Source: Candidatus Marinacidobacterales bacterium
GTDB taxonomy: Bacteria; Acidobacteriota; Vicinamibacteria; Marinacidobacterales; DATDRI01
Assembly (NCBI GenBank): GCA_965226495.1
Contig: OZ245365.1
Span: forward strand, 2,144,001 to 2,208,000
Direction of reading: 5' to 3'
DNA: 64,000 nucleotides
Below the pieces are notes generated by a model. It saw only the letters and a list, made by a program, of their open reading frames with translations. It did no database searches and had not been told where the DNA came from. Both the position numbers and the translations under genes were made by a program. How positions within the stretch are numbered: position 1 is the stretch's first letter; the number at the start of each line of letters is the position of its first letter. This document shows positions 1 through 9,078 of the stretch, in pieces.

Positions 1-801
1 GGGGTGTTTGGAAAGAAACGCCGCCAAGGCGATCGCGTTCGTGTTGTGCCGCTCCATTCGAAGGGCGAGCGTTTTAGTGCCGCGTAGCAGTAGCCATGAG
101 TCGAACGGGGACAGGATCGCACCTACCGCGTTTTGCACGAACGCCAGGTGTTCCACGTCGTCTTTTCGTGCCGCGACCACGACCCCACCGAGGCTGTCGC
201 TGTGCCCGTTCATATACTTCGTGGTGCTGTGAAGAACCAGATCCGCTCCCAGTTCCAGCGGGCGTTGGAAAAACGGGCTCATGAACGTATTATCCACCAC
301 CACCCGGGCATTGAAGCGGTGGGCGAGATCGCTGACGGCCTTCACATCGGTAAGCCGGAGGACGGGATTCGTAGGCGTCTCGAGAAACACCAGTGTGACG
401 TCCTCTCCCATCGCTTTTTCCACCTCGTCGAATCGAGACGAATCGACGTAGGAGAAGCGTATGCCAAAATGCGTTAACACTCGCTCGAACAGCCGGTAGG
501 TACCCCCGTAGAGATCTTCGGTGACGAGGACTCGCTCACCCTGCTTCACGAACATGAGAACCGCGGAAATGGCGGCCATGCCGGATGAAAAGGCGAGGGC
601 CCCGACTCCCTTTTCGAGGGTTGCGATGTTGGCCTCTACGGCGGAACGGGTTGGATTCTGAGTCCGCGCGTACTCGAACCCTCGGTGGCGTCCCAGCCCC
701 TCCTGGACGTAGGTCGACGTCTGGTAAATTGGCGTGATGATAGCCCCAGTGGTCGGATCGGGTTCCTGACCCGCGTGGATGGCGTCCGTGGCAAAGCCCA
801 T
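1..801 (-). CDS. PLP-dependent trans-sulfuration enzyme (cystathionine gamma-synthase/lyase family); 3' end runs off the window
   Basis: Manual translation from ATG at 801 (SD AGGAGG upstream): MGFATDAIHAGQEPDPTTGAIITPIYQTSTYVQ...YARTQNPTR...FSSGMAAI...ETPTNP...VVDNTF...HSTTKYMNGHSD. Open to the window edge, so absent from the ORF track. Confidence 0.93.
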   Translation of the reverse strand, partial: MGFATDAIHAGQEPDPTTGAIITPIYQTSTYVQEGLGRHRGFEYARTQNPTRSAVEANIATLEKGVGALAFSSGMAAISAVLMFVKQGERVLVTEDLYGGTYRLFERVLTHFGIRFSYVDSSRFDEVEKAMGEDVTLVFLETPTNPVLRLTDVKAVSDLAHRFNARVVVDNTFMSPFFQRPLELGADLVLHSTTKYMNGHSDSLGGVVVAARKDDVEHLAFVQNAVGAILSPFDSWLLLRGTKTLALRMERHNTNAIALAAFLSKHP

Positions 802-957
802 GACCGTGTTTCCTCCTGTTGTAACGGAAAGGGATGTTAGCCCGCAGGGGGAATAGAGTCAAAGAGTGGTCATCTGCGGTTTGCCTCCGGGCTTCAGAAT
901 CGCGACTCGCCCGATGAACCTTTATTCCGGCCGGTTGTTCTGTTAGCTTGAAGGTTC

Positions 958-2823
958 ATGGTAGCTCTTTGGTGCAACGAGCTCGTCAAGACATTCCGAC
1001 CTCGGCTCCGTCTTGTCGACCTACTTCGCGGTCGCCTGCGGCCGACCGACTCCCCCACGCTTGCTCTGAACGGGGTCAGCTTGGCTATCGAGGAAGGAGA
1101 GGTAGTCGCGCTCCTCGGGCCCAACGGAGCGGGGAAGACGACCCTTCTCAAGACGCTAGCCACGCTGGTGATGCCGGACGCCGGAGAGGCCCTGATCGCG
1201 GGCCATCCGCTGGGTGAGGAGATCGATGTTCGCCGGTCCATCGGGTTGGTGAGTAGCGAGGAGCGGAGCTTTTATTGGCGACTCACTGGCCGCGAGAACC
1301 TCGCGTTCTTTGCGGCGATGCATGGTATCGAGTCCGGCGAAGTCGCCAAACGACTGGTGCAATTGTCCTCGGTGTTTCGGCTCGACTCCTTCATCGACCG
1401 GCGGTTCGACGCTTGCTCGTCCGGGATGAAGCAAAGGCTCGGGTTGGCTCGGGCCTTGCTCCACCGACCGCGTCTTCTACTGCTGGATGAGCCGACCCGT
1501 AGTATCGACCCGGTGGAAAGCCAGGCCATCCATACGGCAATCGAACGGCTGGTAACGGAAGAGAAGACCGCCGTGCTGCTGGTGACTCATGATCTTGCCG
1601 AAGCTGAGAAACTTTGCAGGCGTTTTCTAGTCATGCGCTCGGGCCAGGTCGCCTTTGATGGGAGCCCGTCGGAGCTGCGAAGTCGCGCAGGAGAAGCCGA
1701 TCGCACTGCCCGCTATACGGTTCGCCTCGAGCGCTCGGTCGAAAGTTGGGAGCAAGCACCCGGCTTGGCGCGAGGTCGAGTCGTCGGGAGCGGTGAGGCC
1801 AATGAGATCAACGTGGAGTTGGAGCCGGGGGCCGCAATTGGCGACCTCGTAGCCGGTCTTCACAAGATGGGGGGGCGGGTCCAAGGTATCGAACCACACA
1901 ACACCTCGGAGGCCACGGAACGAGCTCTCCAAAGAGTGGAATCGAACGACGAAGACAAGGCTCCGTTTCAAACGTCCCGTCCCCCGAGCACTCCGAGCAA
2001 GCATGTCCCGGAACGGAAGCTCGTTCAGTTTGCGGCCTTCTTGCGTCGCGACATACGCCTCCACCTTTCCTATCGATTCGCGTTCGCATTGGGCTTCTTC
2101 GGAATCCTTTTCAACGTTGCGGTCTTTTTCTACCTGGCACAGTTGGTCACGGAGGCTCGTGTCCCCATTCTTCAGGAATACGGGACCGATTTCTTCCCCT
2201 TCATCTTGATCGGCATCGCTTTCCGCGGGTATTTGGGGGTGGCCCTCAATCACTTCGCGGGGTCACTGCGAGCGGAGCAGATGATGGGCACCCTGGAGAT
2301 GCTCTTGGCTAGTCCTCTGAGGTTGTCCACTCTGCTTGGGGCCACGACCAGCTTTACATTCATTTACCACACGGTCACGGTGGCAGGCTATCTTCTGCTA
2401 GGAGTCTTGATGGGGGGGTTATCTCTGAGCCGAATGAACATACCGGTGGCGCTGCTAATCATGGTTCCGACCATGGCTTCGTTCGCGGCTTTGGGGATGG
2501 TCTCCGCGGCCTTCATGATGACCGTCAAACGAGGCGATCCGGTGAATTTTCTCATCAACGCCGCCGCAACGCTTTTCGGCGGTGTCTATTTCCCCATTGA
2601 GGTACTGCCTGAGTCGTTGCAGATGATCTCTCGGGCTCTCCCTATTACCTATAGCCTTGACGCAATGCGCAAGGCCCTCCTACTGGGAAGCGGGGTCGAA
2701 GGAGTCGCTCGAGAGCTCGGCATATTGATGGTCTTCGCAGTGGTGCTGCTTCCAGTGGGGCTGGTCACCTTTCGCCACGCCCTGCGGCAGGCGAGAAGAG
2801 AGGGCACGCTCGGACAGTTCTAA
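958..2823 (+). CDS. ABC-2 type exporter with ATPase and permease fused in one polypeptide
   Basis: Walker A GPNGAGKTT, signature CSSGMKQR, Walker B LLLLDEPT, H-loop VTHD; C-terminal ~260 aa with about six TM helices and the ABC-2 motif GGVYFPIEVLP...LPITYSLDAMR. Confidence 0.9.
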   Translation: MVALWCNELVKTFRPRLRLVDLLRGRLRPTDSPTLALNGVSLAIEEGEVVALLGPNGAGKTTLLKTLATLVMPDAGEALIAGHPLGEEIDVRRSIGLVSSEERSFYWRLTGRENLAFFAAMHGIESGEVAKRLVQLSSVFRLDSFIDRRFDACSSGMKQRLGLARALLHRPRLLLLDEPTRSIDPVESQAIHTAIERLVTEEKTAVLLVTHDLAEAEKLCRRFLVMRSGQVAFDGSPSELRSRAGEADRTARYTVRLERSVESWEQAPGLARGRVVGSGEANEINVELEPGAAIGDLVAGLHKMGGRVQGIEPHNTSEATERALQRVESNDEDKAPFQTSRPPSTPSKHVPERKLVQFAAFLRRDIRLHLSYRFAFALGFFGILFNVAVFFYLAQLVTEARVPILQEYGTDFFPFILIGIAFRGYLGVALNHFAGSLRAEQMMGTLEMLLASPLRLSTLLGATTSFTFIYHTVTVAGYLLLGVLMGGLSLSRMNIPVALLIMVPTMASFAALGMVSAAFMMTVKRGDPVNFLINAAATLFGGVYFPIEVLPESLQMISRALPITYSLDAMRKALLLGSGVEGVARELGILMVFAVVLLPVGLVTFRHALRQARREGTLGQF

Positions 2824-2855
2824 CAGACGGACAACTCTAGCTAGCGACCGCGGCG

Positions 2856-3431
2856 TCAGAAGCGGAAAGTGACGCCACCAACGAAGCGGTTCAAATCTGG
2901 GCTGGCTTCGATTTTTATTCCGGTGAATGGTATTCCCAGGTCCGGGTCTTCATCGCCTGTTTGGATCGCAAACCTGCGGTAGTCGAGCCTTAGTCCTACG
3001 CTCCGGCTGAAGAAAACCTTCGCCCCGAAACCGAAGTTGAAGGCGCCGTTGGTTCCCAAAAAATCGCGGGGAACGTCCGAGCCGGCGTTTGCAATGACGA
3101 CGCCGTAGCCAATCGTTCCGTAGGGGTAGAACTGACCGATGGGTATCTGAACGACCAGGTTACCCATGAGGTTCGTGAGTGAGGCGCCGAGATCTAGAAA
3201 GGGTACCTGGAAATTGGACTTCGGCGAGTACTCCAGCCCGAACTCGAACCCGACGACCCCGCCGTAGGCGCCGACGGTACCGCCGAAGGTCGTCATGTTT
3301 TCCAAGAACAAGGCACTAGTAAACGTGCGGCCAAGGTAGACCGACGCTTGACCTTCCGCGTTTGCGGTCTCAGGGAGCGACATCACAGACACGAGAAGTA
3401 CAAGAGCTACTACCCACTTTCGGTCGTTCAT
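2856..3431 (-). CDS. Outer-membrane beta-barrel protein (OmpA/porin-like)
   Basis: Signal peptide MNDRKWVVALVLLVSVMSLPETANA, amphipathic strands (PYGTIGYG, FNFGFGAKVFF, GLRLDYRRF) and C-terminal GVTFRF with terminal Phe. Confidence 0.8.
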   Translation of the reverse strand: MNDRKWVVALVLLVSVMSLPETANAEGQASVYLGRTFTSALFLENMTTFGGTVGAYGGVVGFEFGLEYSPKSNFQVPFLDLGASLTNLMGNLVVQIPIGQFYPYGTIGYGVVIANAGSDVPRDFLGTNGAFNFGFGAKVFFSRSVGLRLDYRRFAIQTGDEDPDLGIPFTGIKIEASPDLNRFVGGVTFRF

Positions 3432-3525
3432 TTGCACCCCCAGTGGCGCATGCACCCACCACTGTACCATTGTTTCGACGCGTGGTAGTTGAAGTTTTGC
3501 AAGCGTTCGATCATGATCGGTTGTC

Positions 3526-4650
3526 ATGACCTCCTGGACATTGAGGTGTGTTGCTTGTGAGCGCGACACGGATCGCGATTTCAGAGGTTTTCGGTGTTCC
3601 TGCGGCGGGCCGCTGGACGTGCAGCTAGAGTTGTCCGGGGCACGCGATATTTTTTCTTCGGATGACGGTTCGCTGTGGCGTTATCGGGACGTCATTCCGA
3701 TCGAGGACCAAGAGGCGGTCGTGAGTCTAGGGGAGGGGATGACGCCCCTTCTGGATGCTGATTTCGACGGGACGCGCGTTCTGTTGAAAGCCGAGTACCT
3801 GGCCCCGACTGGATCCTTCAAAGACCGCGGCGCGTCCGTGCTACTGAGCCGCTTGAAGGAAATGGGCGTCGAGGAGATTCTCGAGGATAGCTCGGGCAAT
3901 GCCGGGTGCTCTCTCGCTGCCTATGCCGCTGCGGCCGGGATCAAATGTCGGGTTCTAGTTCCAGAGAATGTGCCCCTGGAAAAAGCGCTCCAGATCGAGA
4001 GCTACGGTGCCGTGTTGGAACGCATAGCGGGAAGTAGAGACGATGTAGCCGCCGAAGCTCTTCGACGCTCGGGCGAGACTTTTTACGCAAGCCACAACTG
4101 GCAACCCTTTTTCCTTCAAGGAACAAAAACATTTGCTTACGAGCTGTTCGAACAGGCCGAGCCCTTGCCGGACGTGATCTTCTATCCTATCGGGAACGGG
4201 TCGTTGATTCTGGGGAGCTTCAAGGGATTCAGCGAGATGAAGGCGCTCGGTTGGCTCGACACCGTGCCCCGGCTGGTTGGGATCCAAGTCGCGTCCTATG
4301 CTCCTGTCTATAGTCGGGTCACAGGAAATCGCGCAGAGCCGAACGAGGATGGCACGATCGCGAAAGGCATTGCGGTGCGCGAGCCAGTGCGGCTCGCGCA
4401 AGTGGCGGATGCCATTCTTGCCACATCGGGAACGGTCGTTGCCGTCGACGACGGGCAGATTCGTGTAGCTCAAAAGGACCTGGCCAGGGCAGGTTTCTTG
4501 GTCGAACCGACGTCCGCCGCAGTTCTAGCTGGCTACCGGGCCTGGAAGGAAAATGGAGGGGAAGCGAAACGGCCCTTGTTGCCTCTTACCGGCTGGGGCC
4601 TCAAGGACATGGAGGCTCTAGTCACCCTTGCCGATGAGCCCCCAGCTTGA
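3526..4650 (+). CDS. thrC: Threonine synthase family, fold-type II PLP enzyme with N-terminal Zn ribbon
   Basis: CVAC...CSCGG, LGEGMTPL, PTGSFKDRG (PLP Lys), SSGNAG, VEPTSA. Confidence 0.85.
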   Translation: MTSWTLRCVACERDTDRDFRGFRCSCGGPLDVQLELSGARDIFSSDDGSLWRYRDVIPIEDQEAVVSLGEGMTPLLDADFDGTRVLLKAEYLAPTGSFKDRGASVLLSRLKEMGVEEILEDSSGNAGCSLAAYAAAAGIKCRVLVPENVPLEKALQIESYGAVLERIAGSRDDVAAEALRRSGETFYASHNWQPFFLQGTKTFAYELFEQAEPLPDVIFYPIGNGSLILGSFKGFSEMKALGWLDTVPRLVGIQVASYAPVYSRVTGNRAEPNEDGTIAKGIAVREPVRLAQVADAILATSGTVVAVDDGQIRVAQKDLARAGFLVEPTSAAVLAGYRAWKENGGEAKRPLLPLTGWGLKDMEALVTLADEPPA

Positions 4651-4669
4651 GCGATGCGAGGACGGCAGC

Positions 4670-5728
4670 CTATTCTTGCCTCACCTGTTCTTGCGATGCC
4701 GAGTCCGTCAATACCCGCTCGACGAAAAAACGGATGAAACGGTCGGAGTCCACTTCCACGCACACTCTCGTGTTCGGTTTTAGCTCCGTCCGTCCGACGA
4801 CGGTCCTAACATCGTGACCTTCCTTGAACTCCAACATGTAGCCTTTACGCGCGGCAACGGTTTCCCCTCGAGTCTTCTCCCCTTGAGTCTCCACGCCTAC
4901 GTGTAGGTTTTCGGTATTCACGAAGCTGGGATCGATAGCCACGCCGACCGCCAACGGGTCGTGCATCGTGAGGCCGGCGGCACCGCGCTTGGTGTGGTGA
5001 TAATCGGTAAGATCCCATACCAGTTTGTTAGCGTGGCTGGCAGTCCTTGAAATTCCTTCCATGTCTTCCGGCTTCAGGACCGTCTTCTCGGTTACATCGA
5101 GTCCCACCATCACGATAGGAACGCCGGAGTGGAAGACCATGTCGGCGGCTTCCGGATCATTGTAGATGTTGAACTCGGCGGCAGGCGTGATGTTTCCACC
5201 CGCGATGGAGCCTCCCATCAGCACGATCTCCTTGATGTCGGCTCTGAGGTCGGGTCGTAGCTTCAAGACCAATGCGATGTTGGTGAGGGGACCCACCGGA
5301 ATCAGGGTTAGCTGACCCGGATGCTCTTCGATCTTCTTGACAATGAGATCGACGGCGCTGCCCGCATACGGTTTCGTATGCGGAGACGGAAGCTCTACGT
5401 TCCCGAGACCGGTTTCGCCATGCACGTGTGTCGAAGTGACCAGTTGACCAACCATCGGCGCTTCGGCCCCTCGTGCCACCGGGATGTCGGACCGGCCCAT
5501 AAGCTCCAGGAGCTGCAGCGCGTTGCGTAGCCCGGTGTCGACGTCGACGTTACCCGCTACGACGGTGATGGCCTCGACCTTCAGCTCGGGGGAGGAAAGC
5601 GCGAGAAGTATCGCCAGCGCATCATCGGTGCCGGGGTCGACGTCGAGCAAGACCGGTTTCGGTTGTGCTCCAGCGACACCACTTGTAAGAGTCATTAGAA
5701 AAACGATCACCCGCGATATATTTTTCAT
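4670..5728 (-). CDS. Inosine/uridine-preferring nucleoside hydrolase with predicted signal peptide
   Basis: DVDPGTDD Ca-binding motif, VHGETGLG, GPLTNIA, AEFNIYNDPEAA, HDPLAV; N-terminus MKNISRVIVFLMTLTSGVAGA looks like a Sec signal. Confidence 0.9.
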   Translation of the reverse strand: MKNISRVIVFLMTLTSGVAGAQPKPVLLDVDPGTDDALAILLALSSPELKVEAITVVAGNVDVDTGLRNALQLLELMGRSDIPVARGAEAPMVGQLVTSTHVHGETGLGNVELPSPHTKPYAGSAVDLIVKKIEEHPGQLTLIPVGPLTNIALVLKLRPDLRADIKEIVLMGGSIAGGNITPAAEFNIYNDPEAADMVFHSGVPIVMVGLDVTEKTVLKPEDMEGISRTASHANKLVWDLTDYHHTKRGAAGLTMHDPLAVGVAIDPSFVNTENLHVGVETQGEKTRGETVAARKGYMLEFKEGHDVRTVVGRTELKPNTRVCVEVDSDRFIRFFVERVLTDSASQEQVRQE

Positions 5729-5766
5729 ACAGTCGAGTCGCCGCAAGCGTGTGACACCGCCGTCTT

Positions 5767-5844
5767 ACTCCCTGGCTAGTAGCAACGACACCGTTTGACG
5801 GCCTTGGGACTCCCCGGCTAGTAGCAGAGCCACAGTTTGACGGC
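5767..5844. repeat. Two 36-bp imperfect direct repeats, 42-bp period
   Basis: ACTCCCTGGCTAGTAGCAACGACACCGTTTGACGGC (5767-5802) vs ACTCCCCGGCTAGTAGCAGAGCCACAGTTTGACGGC (5809-5844); 31/36 identical. Confidence 0.85.
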
Positions 5845-6119
5845 ATTGCGGGGAGCTGCATCGCGCAGGCCCACCACTATGGGCGGAAGCATATCGCTAC
5901 TTGGGGTGTCCGTAAAGCGCTGCTAGCGCTTCAGTAGCGAGCCACCGGGAGGGGCTTGCCCTCGGGCGGCATCTCGTTCATAATAAAGGATAAATCCACG
6001 GAGAATCTGTTGATTAAGAAGGCGTTTTAGCCTGGCGGGGGTCTCCCTCGTCAACAGGAATCCTGTCACTCAGTGGCCCACGCCGCTGAGGGCAATTCAC
6101 GCGTCGGATAGGGGACGTC

Positions 6120-7796
6120 ATGGGATTGCAAGGCCAACTTCACGAGATGCCCTTTGTGGACATCCTCCAGCTAGTGGCCTTTTCACAGAAAAACGGTTAC
6201 CTGTACATCGACGGTCCGTTCGGCCTAGGCACCGTCGTTTTCAGAGACGGGAAAGTAGTCTGCGCCTACGCCTGGTCGACGCTCGATTACGTTCGCCGAA
6301 TCGCGGCGGGACAGTACGAGGAAGGTCAGAAAGACGCGGTCATCCAGGAGGTGGTCGAGACCTCCTTGCGCGAAATGGCCCGCTTGCAGGAGGGCAACTT
6401 CCATTTTCAAGTGGCCCACAAGATAGCGCCGGAGCTACATAGCGTAGACATTTCCGCGTTTCTCAGCTCCCCCGGCATCAATGCGCAAGGGCTGTTGCTC
6501 GAATTGAGCCGAGAGCTCGACGAGGATCGTCGCGATACGACCGCCATGTTGGAGTCTGGCTTCCAGCTAGAGACCGAACCACCGATTCCCGTCGAAGCCA
6601 CACCCCCGGCAGCTGGGGTCGACTCGTCCAAGGTTCCCGGCATGGTGGACCCCATGCCGCCCGGTGCACTGGACGAACCGGGTCTAGACCCAACCCGCAC
6701 CCAAGTAATGGCTCCGGTCGGTTCGCTCGACGACCCGCTTTCTACCCCGCTCCGTCACGAGGGATCCACAGTGGTCGTGGTGGACGACGAGCCCGTTGTT
6801 GCCGAGGTCGTAGGAGAAGAGCTCGAGGCGAATGGTTACCAGGTGTTCACCGCAACCACACCCCTACAAGGTGCAAACCTCGCCAAGGAAAGGGTAGCAG
6901 AAGGCGAGCACGTCTTGGTCGTCAGCGATCTAAAGATGCCGACCACGACCGGCAAGAGTTTCTTCGGAGGTTTCGAAGTGGCTCGTCGCGTCCGAAAGCT
7001 AGAGAAGCCGGTACCGGTTTTACTGATGGTGGAGGAACTCTCCGACAAAGCGCGCCGACGAGCGATCGAGCTCGGAATTCGCAAGGTGGCTTTCAAACCG
7101 GCGTTATCGAAACTGGATATCGGGCAGTACAAATCCGATCTCCGCCTTTTCGGCCATGCCATCTTACGCGAGCTGGCCGAGCTGGCGCCGCATCAATCAC
7201 CACCGGAAAGGCAGGAGCAAGGGGCGGGGGACGGAGGGTCCGTCGACGGAAACCAGATCCTGGAGTTCCTCGCTTCGATGACGGAGCAGCTGATCGATCC
7301 CCGTCGCTCGGTGGATATTTCCCGAATGGTGCTGCAAGCGGCGGAAAGATTCTTCGAGCGCGGCATCTTGTTTCTCTTGAAGAACGAACGTGCGTCTGGT
7401 TTGAGTGGTTTCGGGTTGGCCAAGAGCGAACGGGACAATGTCGCTCTCGCACAGAAGCTGTCGATTGGTATCGAGTCCACCGCGCCTGTGCAAGACGTCG
7501 TCACGCGTCGGAAAACCCGGACTCTGGATGCGGAGCTGGATTTGCTGGAGCCAGGCCTTTTTACTCACGTCGGCCGAGGACGAGCCGCTGAAGCAGCGTT
7601 GGTCCCGATGCTCAATAATGCCGAAGTGCTTCTTATTCTCTACGGTGACAACGGACTCACCGGAAAACCACTCACCTCCCTGACCGCCCTCGAGGTCTTT
7701 ATGGGCCAAGCCGGAATGGCGTTGGAGAACGTGTTCCTACAGGGCAAGCTTCGTTCCCTGGATGCGAAGCTTTCAGTGGGCGAAGTCAAGGAATGA
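6120..7796 (+). CDS. DUF4388 (PATAN-like) domain + receiver domain + GAF-like domain signalling protein
   Basis: N-terminal MGLQGQLHEMPFVDILQLV...GYLYI...EGNFHF (DUF4388 pattern); receiver VVVVDDE...VSDLKMP...AFKP; C-terminal GAF-like LVPML...LILYGDN...LEVFMGQAGMALEN. Confidence 0.75.
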   Translation: MGLQGQLHEMPFVDILQLVAFSQKNGYLYIDGPFGLGTVVFRDGKVVCAYAWSTLDYVRRIAAGQYEEGQKDAVIQEVVETSLREMARLQEGNFHFQVAHKIAPELHSVDISAFLSSPGINAQGLLLELSRELDEDRRDTTAMLESGFQLETEPPIPVEATPPAAGVDSSKVPGMVDPMPPGALDEPGLDPTRTQVMAPVGSLDDPLSTPLRHEGSTVVVVDDEPVVAEVVGEELEANGYQVFTATTPLQGANLAKERVAEGEHVLVVSDLKMPTTTGKSFFGGFEVARRVRKLEKPVPVLLMVEELSDKARRRAIELGIRKVAFKPALSKLDIGQYKSDLRLFGHAILRELAELAPHQSPPERQEQGAGDGGSVDGNQILEFLASMTEQLIDPRRSVDISRMVLQAAERFFERGILFLLKNERASGLSGFGLAKSERDNVALAQKLSIGIESTAPVQDVVTRRKTRTLDAELDLLEPGLFTHVGRGRAAEAALVPMLNNAEVLLILYGDNGLTGKPLTSLTALEVFMGQAGMALENVFLQGKLRSLDAKLSVGEVKE

Positions 7797-7806
7797 GGAC
7801 TGGTTG

Positions 7807-8175
7807 ATGGAGAAAAGAAAAAGTGACCGCCTGCAGCCGCTGGTAATACGCACCATGTGGACGTACCAAGAGAATGAAAATTCAGGCTATCTTACGAACT
7901 TGAGCGAGAAAGGCACCTTCCTGGCCACCGACGACCCGATCCCGATTGGGGACACGGTTAACCTCGACATCACGCTCCCTTGGCAGATTGGCGAGATCAC
8001 GTTAGATAGCGTGGTCGAATGGACGAGCGTCGATTCCCCGCAGCGTACGGCAGACCATCCTCTAGGAGTGGGTCTTTCTTTCGGGGACCTGCCTGAGGAG
8101 GCGGGCGAAAAAATCGAAGCCTTCATTCACCGGTTCCACGAACTGGTCGCACAGCTCGAGGATATGCCCACCTAG
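7807..8175 (+). CDS. PilZ domain protein
   Basis: RKSDR (RxxxR) and NLSEKG (D/NxSxxG) motifs, then VVEW...GVGLSF; SD GAGGA upstream. Confidence 0.85.
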   Translation: MEKRKSDRLQPLVIRTMWTYQENENSGYLTNLSEKGTFLATDDPIPIGDTVNLDITLPWQIGEITLDSVVEWTSVDSPQRTADHPLGVGLSFGDLPEEAGEKIEAFIHRFHELVAQLEDMPT

Positions 8176-9053
8176 AACGAACCCTCCAAGGTGAGCACGA
8201 GCGCGAATTTGACCACCGTATCCAGCTTCTTCCTGGGGACCACCGCCGTCCCGATACCGACGCCGCCTTGGCCTGGGTCGAGATTGAACAAGTCGATCGC
8301 TTCCAAAGTCGGAAAGTTCTGATACAGGAACTGAAGCGAAGTCATATTCGTGGTCACCGCGTTGATGGTGTTGAAGTGGTAGTCGTTGGCGTCGCTCACG
8401 TTGACGAAGAAGATGAAATTGCTGTCGAAGCGCGTCTCCTTCGCGAACTGGTGCATGTAGTCCCAGGAGAGGCGGACTTCGGAGAAGTTCTCGTCGCGCT
8501 CCGGGTTTACGATTTCGTCGATCTGCCGGGTGAAAGTGAGCGCATAGTCGGTCTTGAAACGGAGGTGATCATCGTTCCTCCAGGTGTTGCCGACACCGGC
8601 GAAAACGACGTTTCGGTTCTCGATGCCGGCGTCGGTGTCGCGGTCCCAGCCTGCGCCAACCACCCAAAAGAATCGCTCCGTGATGTCCCGATCGTAGCGT
8701 CCCTCCACGAAGTAGCGCTCGGTGTCGAGCTCCCGTGAATCATCCTCTATGATCCGAAAATCATCCGGTGTCCCCACAGCGAAAGAGTCGTCGACAGTGT
8801 TCGTTCGTAGCGCACCGCCGCGGAACGAAAGCTCCGCATTCTTCCAAGCGCGCGTCAGCTTGTCGTCGAACGTCAGAGTCGATGTCGAGGAGTTTCCCGA
8901 CGTGAGGACGAACCCGAAGTCCGCAACGTTGGACCAGCCTAGCTTTCTTTCCTCGTCGCGGTTGGGCTCGTCGGTCGAAACCTGGGCGCGGGCCTGGAGA
9001 GCCCAGGCCAAAGCGAATACCGTGAAGAGAACGCGTCGCATGAAGTTCCTCAT
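8172..9053 (-). CDS. DUF481-like outer-membrane beta-barrel protein
   Basis: Signal peptide MRRVLFTVFALAWALQARA; GWSNVADFGFVLTSGNSST...GRYDR...WDRDTDAGIENR...GVG pattern. Confidence 0.7.
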   Translation of the reverse strand: MRNFMRRVLFTVFALAWALQARAQVSTDEPNRDEERKLGWSNVADFGFVLTSGNSSTSTLTFDDKLTRAWKNAELSFRGGALRTNTVDDSFAVGTPDDFRIIEDDSRELDTERYFVEGRYDRDITERFFWVVGAGWDRDTDAGIENRNVVFAGVGNTWRNDDHLRFKTDYALTFTRQIDEIVNPERDENFSEVRLSWDYMHQFAKETRFDSNFIFFVNVSDANDYHFNTINAVTTNMTSLQFLYQNFPTLEAIDLFNLDPGQGGVGIGTAVVPRKKLDTVVKFALVLTLEGSF

Positions 9054-9078
9054 TGGGTTTGACGTTGAAACCATCGGT

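Noticed and set aside
1-862. Apparent gene-free or frameshifted start of the window (only short ORFs in the track)
   Set aside because: Manual translation gives an intact trans-sulfuration enzyme frame from 801 to the window edge; the listed ORFs are shadows.
802-957. SAM or other riboswitch upstream of the trans-sulfuration gene
   Set aside because: No recognisable SAM-I/II consensus, and the region is short and shared with a divergent gene.
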